A stretch of 64,000 bases of DNA, from NCBI GenBank assembly GCA_021323795.1, contig JAJPKH010000306.1:11221-75220 (forward strand), read 5' to 3'. Of the stretch, positions 32,472-42,786 are shown piece after piece (the first letter of the stretch is position 1; each line of letters starts with the position of its first letter). A model generated the notes under the pieces. The model had not been told where the DNA came from, did no database searches, and saw only the letters and a list, made by a program, of their open reading frames with translations. This stretch comes from Acidiferrobacteraceae bacterium. GTDB lineage: Bacteria > Pseudomonadota > Gammaproteobacteria > Acidiferrobacterales > Sulfurifustaceae. The position numbers were made by a program, and so were the translations under genes.

Positions 32472-35400
32472 TCGCGGCGCTCATTCGTTGGTCGATCGGC
32501 AATCGCCTGTTGGTGCTGCTCGCCGCGGTGCTCATCACCGCCTGGGGCATTTTCAGCATGCTGCGCACGCCGCTTGACGCCATCCCGGATCTCTCGGACG
32601 TGCAAGTGATTATTCGAACGACGTATCCCGGGCAAGCGCCGCAGATCGTCGAGAACCAAATCACCTATCCGCTGACGACCACGATGCTATCGGTGCCCGG
32701 CGTCAAAGCGGTACGCGGTTATTCCTTCTTCGGCGATTCGTTCGTGTACATCTTGTTCGACGACGGCACCGATCTCTACTGGGCGCGCTCGCGCGTGCTC
32801 GAGTATCTGAACCAAGTGGCCGGCCGTTTACCGCGCGGCGCCACCCCGTCGCTCGGTCCGGATGCAACCGGGGTCGGCTGGGTGTACGAGTACGCGTTGG
32901 TGGACCGCACAGGGCAGAACGATCTTGCCCAACTGCGTGCGTTCCAGGATTGGTTTCTGAAATACGAGCTCAAGACCATCCCGAACGTCGCCGAGGTCGC
33001 CACGATCGGTGGCATGGTGAAGCAATACCAAGTACAGGTCGATCCTGACCGCCTGCGCCTCTATCGGTTGTCGCTCGCGAAAGTGACGGGCGCTATCCGG
33101 GCGGCGAACAGCGAGACGGGCGGGTCGGTCTTGGAGCTTGCCGAAGCCGAGTACATGGTACGCGCGAAAGGCTATCTGCAGTCGCTCGACGACTTTCGGC
33201 GCATCCCGCTCGGCGTCTCGCCGACCGGTACACCGATTCTCCTGGGCGATGTGGCACGGGTTCAGTTGGGACCCGAAATGCGCCGCGGCATCGCCGAGCT
33301 CGACGGCGAAGGTGAGGTCGTCGGCGGTGTGATCGTGGTCCGTTCCGGCCAGAACGCGCTCAAGGTCATCGACGCCGTGAAGGCAAAGCTTGAAACACTG
33401 AAAAAAAGCCTGCCGCCGGGCGTTGAGCTGGTTACGGTCTATGATCGCTCGAGCCTCATCAACCGGGCCGTGGAGAACCTCTGGCACAAGTTGGCCGAGG
33501 AATTCATCGTTGTCGCTTTGGTGTGCATGATCTTCCTGCTGCACCTGCCCTCCGCCTTCGTCGCGATTGTTGCGCTGCCGCTCGGCGTGCTCGCGAGCTT
33601 CATCGTCATGCACTATCAGGGCATCAACGCCAACATCATGTCGCTCGGCGGTATCGCGATCGCCATCGGCGCCATGGTCGACGCCGCCATCGTCATGATC
33701 GAGAACGCGCACAAGAAGCTCGAGCAGTGGCGCAAGGACAACGGCGAGCCGGCCGCGGCACAGCACGTGCGCCTCATTGGTGACGCAGCGGTTGAGGTCG
33801 GACCGGCACTCTTCTTTTCGCTGCTCATTATCACGTTGTCGTTCATTCCAGTATTCACGCTGGAAGCCCAGGAAGGGCGGCTGTTCGCGCCGCTGGCCTA
33901 CACCAAGACGTATGCCATGGCGGCGGCGGCCGGACTTTCGGTCACGCTGGTGCCGGTGCTAATGACGTTCTTCATCCGCGGCCATATCCGCGGCGAAGAT
34001 CAGAATCCGCTCAACCGCTGGCTGATCAATGCCTATAAGCCCGCGCTCGCCTGGGTATTGCGTCGCCCGCGCACCACGCTCGCGATGGCGCTCATCGCCA
34101 TTGCCATCACGATCGTACCGCTGCTTCGAATCGGCAGTGAATTCATGCCGCCGCTTGAGGAAGGCGATCTCCTCTACATGCCGACGGCGCTGCCCGGCTT
34201 ATCGGCCTCAAAGGCGACGGAGATACTGCAATTGACCGACCGGCTCATTAAGACGGTGCCGGAAGTGCAGTCCGTCTTCGGCAAGGCCGGACGCGCCGAA
34301 ACGGCAACCGACCCGGCGCCGCTTGAGATGCTGGAAACGACGGTGCAGCTCAAACCGAAAAGCCAATGGCGAGCGGGCATGACGACCGACAAGATCATCG
34401 CTGAACTCGATGCAAGGCTACAGATTCCGGGCATGGCGAACGTCTGGGTGCAGCCGATTCGCAACCGCATCGACATGCTTGCGACCGGCATCAAGAGCCC
34501 GGTCGGCATCAAGATCGCGGGCGCGAATCTGCAGACGCTCGAGAAGCTCGGGCAGGAAGTCGAGCGCGTCGTGAAAACAGTGCCGGGCGCCTCCTCGGTG
34601 TTGGCCGAACGCGTGACCGGCGGGCGCTACATCGATCTCACGATCGACCGCGTGGCGGCGGCACGTTATGGGCTCAATGTCATGGACGTGCAAGACGTGG
34701 TGGCGACCGCGATCGGCGGCGAAAACATCGGGGAGAAGCTCGAGGACCTGGCGCGCTTTCCGATCAACGTGCGCTTTCCGCGCGAGCTGCGTGATTCGGT
34801 GGAGAAGCTTCGCTCGCTCCCGCTCGTCACGGAGAGCGGCGCAACGGTGCCGCTGGGAGCGATTGCGGAGATCAAGACGGTCGATGGCCCGCCGATGATT
34901 AAGAGCGAGAACGCACGTCCGTCGCTTTGGGTGTATGTCGACGTGCGTGACCGCGACTTGGTCGGCTTCGTGCGCGAGGCGCAAAGCAAGGTCGGACAAG
35001 AGGTGCAATTACCCGCGGGCTATTCTGTCGCGTGGTCCGGGCAGTTCGAGTACTTCGAGCGTGCAGCGAAGCGGCTCGCTTGGGTGGTTCCGGCGACCAT
35101 CGGCATTATCTTTTTGCTGCTGTTTCTTGTCTTCAAACGCGTGGAACCGACGCTGCTCATCCTCGGCACGCTGCCGTTCGCGCTCGTGGGGGCCGTATGG
35201 TTTCTCTATCTGCTCGGCCACAACTTCTCCATCGCGAGCGGCGTCGGCGTGATTGCGCTCGCCGGGCTCGCGGCCGAGTTCGGCGTCGTGATGCTGGTGT
35301 ATCTCGATAATTCGATCGGACGCTTCCGCGCAATGGGACGTCTGAAGACGCAAGAGGATGTGCATGAAGCCTTGATCGATGGGGCTGCCCTGCGCGTGCG

Positions 35401-35647
35401 GCCGAAGGCGATGACGGTCGCCGTCATCCTCGCCGGCTTGGTGCCGATCCTGATCGGCACCGGCGCCGGCTCCGAAGCCATGCAACGCATCGCCGCGCCG
35501 ATGGTCGGCGGCATGTTGACCGCACCACTTCTGTCCTTGTTTGTCCTGCCGGCGTGGTATGCCTTGCGCTGGCGCAAGACGATAGCAACGCAATCAGAGG
35601 AGGAACCGCATTTCATCCCGCTTAAAAGCCACGGAGACTCACGATGA
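32468..35647 (+). CDS. cusA: Cu(I)/Ag(I) efflux RND permease CusA
   Basis: 1059 aa from [18 protein letters not shown], with [24 protein letters not shown] overlaps at both ends. Confidence 0.94.
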   Translation: MIAALIRWSIGNRLLVLLAAVLITAWGIFSMLRTPLDAIPDLSDVQVIIRTTYPGQAPQIVENQITYPLTTTMLSVPGVKAVRGYSFFGDSFVYILFDDGTDLYWARSRVLEYLNQVAGRLPRGATPSLGPDATGVGWVYEYALVDRTGQNDLAQLRAFQDWFLKYELKTIPNVAEVATIGGMVKQYQVQVDPDRLRLYRLSLAKVTGAIRAANSETGGSVLELAEAEYMVRAKGYLQSLDDFRRIPLGVSPTGTPILLGDVARVQLGPEMRRGIAELDGEGEVVGGVIVVRSGQNALKVIDAVKAKLETLKKSLPPGVELVTVYDRSSLINRAVENLWHKLAEEFIVVALVCMIFLLHLPSAFVAIVALPLGVLASFIVMHYQGINANIMSLGGIAIAIGAMVDAAIVMIENAHKKLEQWRKDNGEPAAAQHVRLIGDAAVEVGPALFFSLLIITLSFIPVFTLEAQEGRLFAPLAYTKTYAMAAAAGLSVTLVPVLMTFFIRGHIRGEDQNPLNRWLINAYKPALAWVLRRPRTTLAMALIAIAITIVPLLRIGSEFMPPLEEGDLLYMPTALPGLSASKATEILQLTDRLIKTVPEVQSVFGKAGRAETATDPAPLEMLETTVQLKPKSQWRAGMTTDKIIAELDARLQIPGMANVWVQPIRNRIDMLATGIKSPVGIKIAGANLQTLEKLGQEVERVVKTVPGASSVLAERVTGGRYIDLTIDRVAAARYGLNVMDVQDVVATAIGGENIGEKLEDLARFPINVRFPRELRDSVEKLRSLPLVTESGATVPLGAIAEIKTVDGPPMIKSENARPSLWVYVDVRDRDLVGFVREAQSKVGQEVQLPAGYSVAWSGQFEYFERAAKRLAWVVPATIGIIFLLLFLVFKRVEPTLLILGTLPFALVGAVWFLYLLGHNFSIASGVGVIALAGLAAEFGVVMLVYLDNSIGRFRAMGRLKTQEDVHEALIDGAALRVRPKAMTVAVILAGLVPILIGTGAGSEAMQRIAAPMVGGMLTAPLLSLFVLPAWYALRWRKTIATQSEEEPHFIPLKSHGDSR

Positions 35648-35910
35648 ACACGACCACGACGACATTCGCACCCGTTAGTTGGTGGCAACGACTCGATCGC
35701 CGTTACCGTTTGTTGATCATTGCCGCCCTCGTCGTCGCGGCCGGACTCTGGCTCGGCTGGGAATCGCTCGCGGCACTCGGCGTGCTGCCGCTGTTGCTGT
35801 CGCTCCTTCCTTGCCTAGCCATGTGCGCGCTCGGCCTTTGCATGCGCGGCCGTGACGGGGAGTCGTGCCACAAGACGACGGAGAAGTCCACTGCTAAGGA
35901 GGGAACATGA
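35644..35910 (+). CDS. Small Cys-rich membrane protein (paralog of 20172-20450)
   Basis: [44 protein letters not shown]. Confidence 0.6.
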   Translation: MNTTTTTFAPVSWWQRLDRRYRLLIIAALVVAAGLWLGWESLAALGVLPLLLSLLPCLAMCALGLCMRGRDGESCHKTTEKSTAKEGT

Positions 35911-36098
35911 CGCGCCAGGGCGAGCGCTGGATATGGATCGGCGTGGTCGTCCTGTTGCTCGCCATCGGTGCGGTGGTCTTCGCCGGCCCTGCCGGCCAGA
36001 TGCTCCGCCATTGCGCCGAAATGATGGGACAGACGCCAGCCAATGAGGTAGCGACGGTAACGCGCCTTACGGATGTTGGCCCGAGGACGACGCTATGA
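35907..36098 (+). CDS. Small single-TM protein with a C-x-x-M-M motif
   Basis: [46 protein letters not shown]-coupled on both sides. A degraded paralog sits at 20447-20618. Confidence 0.5.
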   Translation: MTRQGERWIWIGVVVLLLAIGAVVFAGPAGQMLRHCAEMMGQTPANEVATVTRLTDVGPRTTL

Positions 36099-36997
36099 CA
36101 CGCACGTTCCGATTCGTCAGCTTCGCGCGCTGGTATTTCGGCCTGCTCGCATTTCCGGCGCTTCTCGTCGCCGCACCGCCGCTGCTCCACCACGTGCATG
36201 GATTGGCCTTCAGTCCGGATGGTGGCCAACTCCTCATCCCCTCCCACTTCGGACTTGCCGTCTACAGCAACGGGCGCTGGACGAAAGCGCCGGGTCCCGC
36301 ACACGACTACATGGGCTTCGCGGCGACCAAGAACTACGCCTATAGCAGCGGCCATCCGGAGCCCGACAGCGGACTCGTCAATCCGTTTGGTCTCATTCGA
36401 AGTCGCGATGGCGGGAAGACGTGGGAGAAGCTCGGCTTCGAGGGTCAGTCGGATTTTCATGTGATGGCGGCGAGCTACCACCGCAATACCGTTTATGTCT
36501 ATAACCCGGGACGCAACGCCGCGATGGAGACGCCTGGCATCTATTACACCGAAGACGACGGCAAGAAGTAGCAACGTGCGGGCGCAAATGGCTTGCAGGG
36601 AAAGGTCGTCGCTCTCGCCGTGCACCCGAGCGATCCACGCCGCGTCGCCGTCGCCACCGACCGCGGCGTGTTTCTCTCAAACGATGCCGGATCGACGTTT
36701 GTGCCGGTCGAGGCAAACAGCCGAGGGTTAACGGTGTTCTTCGATCTCTCGGGCAACGAGTTATGGTTTTCTGGATTTTCGAAGGGCGGAACGCTAAAGC
36801 GCCTTGAGCTTGCGAGTGGGCGAATCCGTGACGTAGCGATTCCCTTCTTAATGACCGGGGATGGCATTCTCTATGTCGCGCAGAATCCTGCGCGACCTGG
36901 CGAGTACGCAGTCGCCACCTTTGCCCGCAGCGTCTATGTCACCAAAGACGGCGGCGCGAGCTGGAAACAAATCGCCGACCGCGGACGCGAACACTGA
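36095..36997 (+). pseudogene. BNR-repeat beta-propeller-like gene interrupted by an in-frame TAG at 36569-36571
   Basis: ORFs 36095-36571 and 36593-36997 are in the same frame. The stop falls where the Trp of an Asp-box is expected: YYTEDDGKK*QRAG versus RSRDGGKTW and TKDGGASW elsewhere in the gene. Confidence 0.7.
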
Positions 36998-37014
36998 CAC
37001 GCAGAAATCACACG

Positions 37015-37710
37015 TCAAAGCGCAAGCACTGGAATAACCACGAAGTAGGCGTTCAGCATATAGAGACCGGAGAGTATCAAAAGTAATCCTCCGACGATCT
37101 CGAATACGTGCTGTCGGTGACCGAGCCACCGTAGGCTTTGCAACCACCCAATCGCCACGGCGCCGATCAGGATCGGCACAGCGCGGCCGATCGCAAAGGC
37201 GAGCGTGAGCGTGGCACCAAATACGGGAGAGCCAATTCCGGCCGCGACGCCTAACACGACGACCAGTGCTGGCGTGCAAAACGGGCAGATAGCAACCGAG
37301 AACGGCACGCCGAGCACAAACGCGCCCCATGCAGTGGCCGCTGGCTTAGCGCGCATCCGTAACGTTGGAAGTGGTAGGCGCAACCACCCCGGCCACGTGA
37401 GACCGAGCACGATGAGAAGCGGTCCTAACACCAATCCCCATCCCCGCCCCATCAAGCGCTGCAACTCGCCGCCGCCAAGTCCAGCGGCGAAGCCGAGCAC
37501 GAGGTGCGTGATCAACATTCCGAGAATAAACATACCGCCGTAGAGGACCGCGCGATTTGTGGCATGGGCCTTGGTCGCATAAGCGAGCGACACGGGTATA
37601 GCGGCGAGTGCGACGGGATTGAAGCTGAAAACGAACCCGAGCAAAAAACCGGCGCCGAGCGAAAGCAACGTCGCTTGCTCGAGGGTTTGCCGCAGCGATT
37701 CGATATCCAA
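37015..37710 (-). CDS. CcdA/DsbD_2-like transmembrane thiol-disulfide transporter
   Basis: 231 aa with six TMs. Has FSFNPVALAAIPV and AICPFCTPALVVVLG. Last gene of the long minus-strand operon. Confidence 0.78.
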   Translation of the reverse strand: MDIESLRQTLEQATLLSLGAGFLLGFVFSFNPVALAAIPVSLAYATKAHATNRAVLYGGMFILGMLITHLVLGFAAGLGGGELQRLMGRGWGLVLGPLLIVLGLTWPGWLRLPLPTLRMRAKPAATAWGAFVLGVPFSVAICPFCTPALVVVLGVAAGIGSPVFGATLTLAFAIGRAVPILIGAVAIGWLQSLRWLGHRQHVFEIVGGLLLILSGLYMLNAYFVVIPVLAL

Positions 37711-37721
37711 GCGTTAGTCCT

Positions 37722-37994
37722 TTAACTGCGGGAAAGACGCGCTTCAAGTGCTTTACGAAGCTTCGCGGCCGTAGGTAATGTCGGGAAAACAAGTTCGCCA
37801 TCGAGTGCGATCGCCGGCGGCGCGGTGACGCCTAGGTCGACGGCATAGTCGATCTCTTTCAGAATATCGACCTCTCGCCAGAGCACTTTCCCCGTACCGA
37901 ACTCCTCGGCGACGGCGCGCAAGCTATCCTTGACGACGGCACATTTACTGCAGCCCTGCGTGAAGAACAACTCGATCCGTATCTTTGTTGCCAT
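37722..37994 (-). CDS. Small thioredoxin-fold protein (glutaredoxin/Thioredoxin_3-like)
   Basis: MATKIRIELFFTQGCSKCAVVKDSL has a CxxC after beta1. About 90 aa. Confidence 0.75.
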   Translation of the reverse strand: MATKIRIELFFTQGCSKCAVVKDSLRAVAEEFGTGKVLWREVDILKEIDYAVDLGVTAPPAIALDGELVFPTLPTAAKLRKALEARLSRS

Positions 37995-37996
37995 CA

Positions 37997-38506
37997 CTAA
38001 CCGGTGCGGTTCTTCCGCGGCTTGGTCATGGTATTTTCGAGTGCCGCTAGGATCGGGCAGGCATCGAGCGGCTTCGATGTGTCGTTACAGATCCGTATCA
38101 GCTCGTTCAGCACAGCGGACATCGTTTGAAATGTCCGAATCTTCGTTTCGAGCGCGAGCATCTTTTGGACCGCGACGGTACGAACGTCCCGGCAGCACGC
38201 GGCATTTTTCACCTTGAGCGCGAGCAGCTCGCGGATCTCGCGCAGCGAGAAGCCGCACTCCTGCGCGTGTTTAATGAACCGTATGCGCGGCAGCACGTCG
38301 TTGCTGTATAGCCGGTAACCGGCCGCACTTTTCTTCGTCGGTGCTAGCAGGCGTTCTTCTTCATAGTAACGCAGCGTGTCACGGCTTATCTCGGAAAGCT
38401 CGGCGATCTTACCAATCGTCAACAGAGGCTCCGGTCCTTGCGGACGGTCCTTTAGCAACCGTAGAGGCCGCGATCTCGACGCTCGCCGTTCGATGTTGGC
38501 TTTCAT
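37997..38506 (-). CDS. MerR-family metal-responsive regulator with a MerR-like Cys pattern
   Basis: HTH LTIGKIAELSEISRDTLRYYEEERLL. Cys in KNAACCRD and CNDTSKPLDACPIL (C-x9-CP, as in MerR). ATGA overlap with merP. Confidence 0.85.
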   Translation of the reverse strand: MKANIERRASRSRPLRLLKDRPQGPEPLLTIGKIAELSEISRDTLRYYEEERLLAPTKKSAAGYRLYSNDVLPRIRFIKHAQECGFSLREIRELLALKVKNAACCRDVRTVAVQKMLALETKIRTFQTMSAVLNELIRICNDTSKPLDACPILAALENTMTKPRKNRTG

Positions 38507-38787
38507 GGCTTGAGCGTGGACGGGAAGCCCGCGTCGGCGGTCGCTTTGCGAAGCGCATCGGTGTTTGTTTTTGCGTCGTCAAAGGTGACCGTCGCTTCCC
38601 TCTTCTCGAAGCTCACATCGGCTTTGCTAACGCCGTCAACGCGCGTCAACGCCTTTCGCACCGTCAGTGGACACACCTGGCATTGCATACCGGGCACCGA
38701 GAGCGTCACCGTCTTGGTGGCTGCGGTTACCGGTACTGCCACAAGGACTAGGACGGCGAGGATGGCGAAATTGGACACCTGCTTCAC
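38503..38787 (-). CDS. merP: MerP-like periplasmic metal-binding protein (second copy)
   Basis: GTG start preceded by GGAGAAGG, a signal peptide, and VPGMQCQVCPLTVRKAL. Confidence 0.87.
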   Translation of the reverse strand: MKQVSNFAILAVLVLVAVPVTAATKTVTLSVPGMQCQVCPLTVRKALTRVDGVSKADVSFEKREATVTFDDAKTNTDALRKATADAGFPSTLKP

Positions 38788-38797
38788 AAACCTTCTC

Positions 38798-39163
38798 CTA
38801 ATAAAAGAGTGGGGCGAGATACGGAAATATCGCCGCAACCGCGAGCAGCGTGGCGACGACCCAAAACAGAATTCGGTAAGTCGATCGCGTCGCCGGAATC
38901 GCGCACACGGCGGCCGGCTCGCAGGCGTCGAGTGGTCGAAAGATCGGTCGATACGCAAAGAAGAGCGCAACGACCGCGATACCAATAAAAATCGGCTGAT
39001 ACGGAGTGAGCCTAGTTAACAAACCCATCCAGACACCGCCGATGCCAACCGACACCAGCGCAAGGGGCGCGACACAACACGCGGAGGCCAAAATAGCGGC
39101 GAGGCCGCCACTGGCGAGTGCCGTGCCGCCCGTGCTCGTGGGTTTCTTTACCGTGGCGCTCAT
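38798..39163 (-). CDS. merT: MerT-like transporter (second copy)
   Basis: [36 protein letters not shown]. Roughly 60 percent identical by eye to the copy at 11424-11774. Confidence 0.92.
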   Translation of the reverse strand: MSATVKKPTSTGGTALASGGLAAILASACCVAPLALVSVGIGGVWMGLLTRLTPYQPIFIGIAVVALFFAYRPIFRPLDACEPAAVCAIPATRSTYRILFWVVATLLAVAAIFPYLAPLFY

Positions 39164-39213
39164 GCCTTTACGGACTCGTGCTATTAAGGATAGTTCCCGA
39201 CGTAAGTGTGGGA

Positions 39214-39558
39214 TTACGGCCGGCCCTTGAGCACCTCGATCGACTTAGCGACCGGCGTCCCCTTTTCCGTCACGTACGTCACGGCAACCACGCTGCCACG
39301 AAGTGTCGGCAGGTAGGCATAGTCATTTCCTTTTTTAATCAGCGTTCCTTTCGGTACGCGGATCGTCGTCGACTCGGCTTTACCGCCACTGCCTTTGCGC
39401 TCCAACACCAAATCGCCTTCGCACCCGCCCGGCTTAAATTCGCATAGAGTCATTTTGGTGCTGACGACGGTTCCTTCGATTTTTTCTTGTGCTGCTGCAC
39501 TGATTGTTTGAAGTCCTATGATGGCCGCAAACGCCAATGAAACAACTAAGCTACGCAT
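39214..39558 (-). CDS. Small secreted beta-rich protein with one Cys pair, unknown family
   Basis: Signal peptide [24 protein letters not shown], then IEGTVVSTKMTLCEFKPGGCEGDLVL. The start overlaps the ABC ATPase stop. Confidence 0.55.
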   Translation of the reverse strand: MRSLVVSLAFAAIIGLQTISAAAQEKIEGTVVSTKMTLCEFKPGGCEGDLVLERKGSGGKAESTTIRVPKGTLIKKGNDYAYLPTLRGSVVAVTYVTEKGTPVAKSIEVLKGRP

Positions 39559-40303
39559 GTCGACTTCCTCCTAGGATTTCCGAAGACGCTTGCTCCTTTT
39601 CCCAAGCCACCGCCTGCAGTCGCCCGTCTTTGATGGGCAAGACACGATCAGCCATTTGCGCAAGCGCCTCCGCGTGCGTGACAACGATCACCGTCCGTTC
39701 TCGGGAAATTTCCTTTAACAGCTCATAAATCATCTGCCCGGTTTTGGAGTCGAGGTTGCCGGTCGGTTCGTCGGCAAGAATGAGTGGCGGATTATTGGCG
39801 AGCGCGCGGGCGATCGCCACCCGCTGCTGCTCACCGCCCGAGAGCTCGCGCGGGCGATGGGTCAGTCGCTGTCGTAAGCCAACGCGATCGAGCAGTGCGA
39901 GCGCGCGTGCCCGGCGCTCGGCGCGGACAATGCCGTTGAACTCCATCGGCAGCATGACGTTCTCGAGCGCGCTCAAATTAGGAATGAGATTAAAGCTCTG
40001 AAAGACAAAACCGACGGTCTGCCGGCGATAGCGCATGAGCCCGCTTTCCGGCAGCTCTGTCAACGACTGACCGGCCACCATCACCTCGCCGCTCGAAGGT
40101 CGATCCATCGCGCCAATGATGTGAAGGAGCGAGGACTTGCCGCTACCGCTCACGCCGACGATGGCGACCATCCCGTGCTCGGCGAGCGTGACGTCGACAC
40201 CGTCGAGCGCTTTAATGATCTCGTCGCCCTTACGATAGGTCTTACTGACGCGATGGAGCACGACGAGACGGTCCCCCGTTTTTGTGACAGTCGAGTTACT
40301 CAC
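39551..40303 (-). CDS. ABC transporter ATP-binding protein, MacB/LolD-like
   Basis: Walker [11 protein letters not shown]-loop [10 protein letters not shown], signature [15 protein letters not shown], Walker [13 protein letters not shown]. Confidence 0.93.
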   Translation of the reverse strand: MSNSTVTKTGDRLVVLHRVSKTYRKGDEIIKALDGVDVTLAEHGMVAIVGVSGSGKSSLLHIIGAMDRPSSGEVMVAGQSLTELPESGLMRYRRQTVGFVFQSFNLIPNLSALENVMLPMEFNGIVRAERRARALALLDRVGLRQRLTHRPRELSGGEQQRVAIARALANNPPLILADEPTGNLDSKTGQMIYELLKEISRERTVIVVTHAEALAQMADRVLPIKDGRLQAVAWEKEQASSEILGGSRHA

Positions 40304-41555
40304 GGCGAATCGCCTCCATCGGTGACAGCAGAATAATCTGGCGGATGCTCCAGACGCTGCCGGCCGCTGCCGCGATGACGCAGGTGCCAGTCAACAGCGC
40401 GAGCGTCGCCGGCGCAATACTCGAAGACAGCGAGAGCGCGGTGGCGAGCGTGTCCTTGTACTGCGCGGGCAAGAATGGTGCGATGCCAACACCGAACGTA
40501 TGTTGTGCGATCGGTCCGCCCCAGGCGGCAAAGAGCAGCAAGCCGAGGAAGGCGCCTAACACGCAGAGTGCGAGCGCTTCCGTGAGAAAGCTCACAACAA
40601 TACCGTCATTCGACGCGCCGAGGGCCTTGAGCGTGCCGATCTCCCAGGCGCGCTCGCGCACGACCAAGAGCATGACAAAGAACACGACGATGATCGTGAG
40701 AACGGCCGCCAGCACGATGCCACCGCGCGCTAAGCGCAGCACCGCCCGGGTGGCGGTATTCTGAAACTCCGCGACATGCGTCGGTGCAATGATGTCGGCA
40801 ACCTCGCCGAGCATCGCTTTCAGTTTCTGCTCGACCGCTGGCAGATATTCTGCTGAGTCGGCTTTCACAAAGAGCCAGGAGATGCCGCGCGGAAACCCGT
40901 AGATGTCCCGGAACGTATCAAGCGGGATAAAGAGCTGCATATCGCCAAAGACATAACCGCTCGCGTAAATGCCAACGACCTTAAGCGTTGCCGGCGGGCG
41001 ATCAAGCGCGAAGATAACGGGATGTGTGCGCTTAAGGTCAAGATTCAGTATCGCGTGGCCGACGTTCTCGACTGTGATGCCCGCCCACTTCGCCACGCCC
41101 TGTCCGATCACAGCGACCTTCTGGCCACGGTCGGCGTCGGTTAAGTCGCGTCCTGCGATGATCTTCGGGGTTCCCGCTTCGCCGTGCGATTCGAGGCGTT
41201 TAGTATCTCCGGGCGTTACGCCGACGATCATGGCGAAGTTGTGTCCGGTCGTGGGTGTCATCGCGAGGAGATAGGGCTCCACCTTGGCGACGTGCTCGAC
41301 CGCGCGGACCTGGTTGAACGACTCATGCGGCAGCAGATTTTCGTTGCCGACCATGTTCACGTGCCCCATGGCACCCCGTGCGCGCAGTTGCAGCGTGTTG
41401 TCGACGTTCTGTTGCAGGAGGCGCGTTTGCTGCGCGACCGCCGTGCCGATCGCTTGCATTACGAGCAGCAGAAAAAACGGTATGCCGATCAGAAGCGCGA
41501 CCAGAATGAGTCGCGGTTTGCTCCGTAGGAGATTGCGTAAGCCGAGACGAATCAT
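40296..41555 (-). CDS. FtsX/MacB-type ABC permease with a large periplasmic domain (permease 2)
   Basis: 419 aa: TM1, then about 230 aa periplasmic, then three TMs. RERAWEIGTLKALGAS motif. Confidence 0.88.
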   Translation of the reverse strand: MIRLGLRNLLRSKPRLILVALLIGIPFFLLLVMQAIGTAVAQQTRLLQQNVDNTLQLRARGAMGHVNMVGNENLLPHESFNQVRAVEHVAKVEPYLLAMTPTTGHNFAMIVGVTPGDTKRLESHGEAGTPKIIAGRDLTDADRGQKVAVIGQGVAKWAGITVENVGHAILNLDLKRTHPVIFALDRPPATLKVVGIYASGYVFGDMQLFIPLDTFRDIYGFPRGISWLFVKADSAEYLPAVEQKLKAMLGEVADIIAPTHVAEFQNTATRAVLRLARGGIVLAAVLTIIVVFFVMLLVVRERAWEIGTLKALGASNDGIVVSFLTEALALCVLGAFLGLLLFAAWGGPIAQHTFGVGIAPFLPAQYKDTLATALSLSSSIAPATLALLTGTCVIAAAAGSVWSIRQIILLSPMEAIRRE

Positions 41556-41560
41556 GTCGG

Positions 41561-42763
41561 TTAGCCCCTCCGCATTGCTTCAACCGGACTCAGCGTCACG
41601 CCACGAACCACGGGGTACAGACTGCCTAAGGCGGCGAAGACCACGGCGCCCAAGAGAATGAGCGCGACGACGGTGCCATCGAACGCAATGGAAAATCCGA
41701 ACGCTTGGCTCAACACGTGCGCGAGGAGCGCCGCGACGACGATAGCCCCTACGCTGCCGAGTCCGCTCAACGTTCCGGCCTCCGCAAGAAACTGAACCAC
41801 AATCTCGCGATTGGAGGCGCCAATGGCTTTAAGCGTGCCGATCTCGCGCACGCGCTCGCGTGTACTGAGAATCATCACGGCGACAATGAGCACCGCGCCG
41901 ATCGCAAAGAGTAGAATCGCGGCGTACAGGCTTGCTACCGCTAACGTGCCAAGCGTCGTTCGCGCAGTCGATACGGCCTCCGGCGTCGTGACGACATCGG
42001 CTTCGGGCAGCGCCGCTTTGAGATCCGCGAGCACGGCCTCGACGTTGGCGACCGAGTCAACGGTTAGAAAGATCTTTGAGAGTTTGGCACCGGGACGAAA
42101 CGTGACGCGGAACGCTTCAATCGGCACGAACACATGGTTATCGCCGAAGTCGTTTCCCGTCGCATAAACGCCGACCACGTTAAACGGCTGGCCTTCCAGG
42201 ATGATTTGCTTGCCCGCGAGGTCCGCCCCCGTCGGCGTATTGATAGCTAGACGCTGCTTGGCATAAAGCTGCCCGACTACCGCCACCCGGGAAGCGCGGT
42301 CCGCTTCAGAGAGCGCGCGACCGGCGATGAGATGGGCGCTTTCGTAGTCAACCTCGCCGATTGCGCGCATGGCGGATCCGGCCTTCAGCCCAATGACCAT
42401 GGCATAGGCGTTTTTCTTCGACGGATCGATCTGCGGTTGATTCACGTATTCCTCCATCCGGACGATGTGGTGCGCGTTCGGCACTTGGCGGATCTTCGCG
42501 AATGTGCCGGTCGAGAAGTGCCCCTCGCCGAGCGGCTTATCGCCACCGAACCCACCCGTGCCGAAGGCACCCGCTTCACGCAACTCAATCAGAGTGCGCA
42601 CTTTGCCCTCCATCGCGGCGATCTGCTCGCGGCTGGTACGGGTCGCCTGGAGTAGCAGCGCAAGAAAACCAATGACAAGCGCCAACAGCGACACGACGAC
42701 GAGCGCGCGCGTCACGCTGCGAAAGGGGTTGCGGAATCCTCGCCAGAGGGCGCCCGTCATCAC
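41561..42763 (-). CDS. FtsX/MacB-type ABC permease with a large periplasmic domain (permease 1)
   Basis: 400 aa with the same architecture. RERVREIGTLKAIGAS motif. Confidence 0.88.
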   Translation of the reverse strand: MMTGALWRGFRNPFRSVTRALVVVSLLALVIGFLALLLQATRTSREQIAAMEGKVRTLIELREAGAFGTGGFGGDKPLGEGHFSTGTFAKIRQVPNAHHIVRMEEYVNQPQIDPSKKNAYAMVIGLKAGSAMRAIGEVDYESAHLIAGRALSEADRASRVAVVGQLYAKQRLAINTPTGADLAGKQIILEGQPFNVVGVYATGNDFGDNHVFVPIEAFRVTFRPGAKLSKIFLTVDSVANVEAVLADLKAALPEADVVTTPEAVSTARTTLGTLAVASLYAAILLFAIGAVLIVAVMILSTRERVREIGTLKAIGASNREIVVQFLAEAGTLSGLGSVGAIVVAALLAHVLSQAFGFSIAFDGTVVALILLGAVVFAALGSLYPVVRGVTLSPVEAMRRG

Positions 42764-42786
42764 GCATCGTCTCCGTATGAGTCAGC

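Noticed and set aside
39164-39213. Inverted repeat CTTTACG-N28-CGTAAG upstream of the second merT, considered as a MerR operator
   Set aside because: The spacing and position do not fit the 7-4-7 dyad centred in a 19-bp spacer. I could not place a convincing -35/-10 pair. merT here is more likely read through from the upstream genes.
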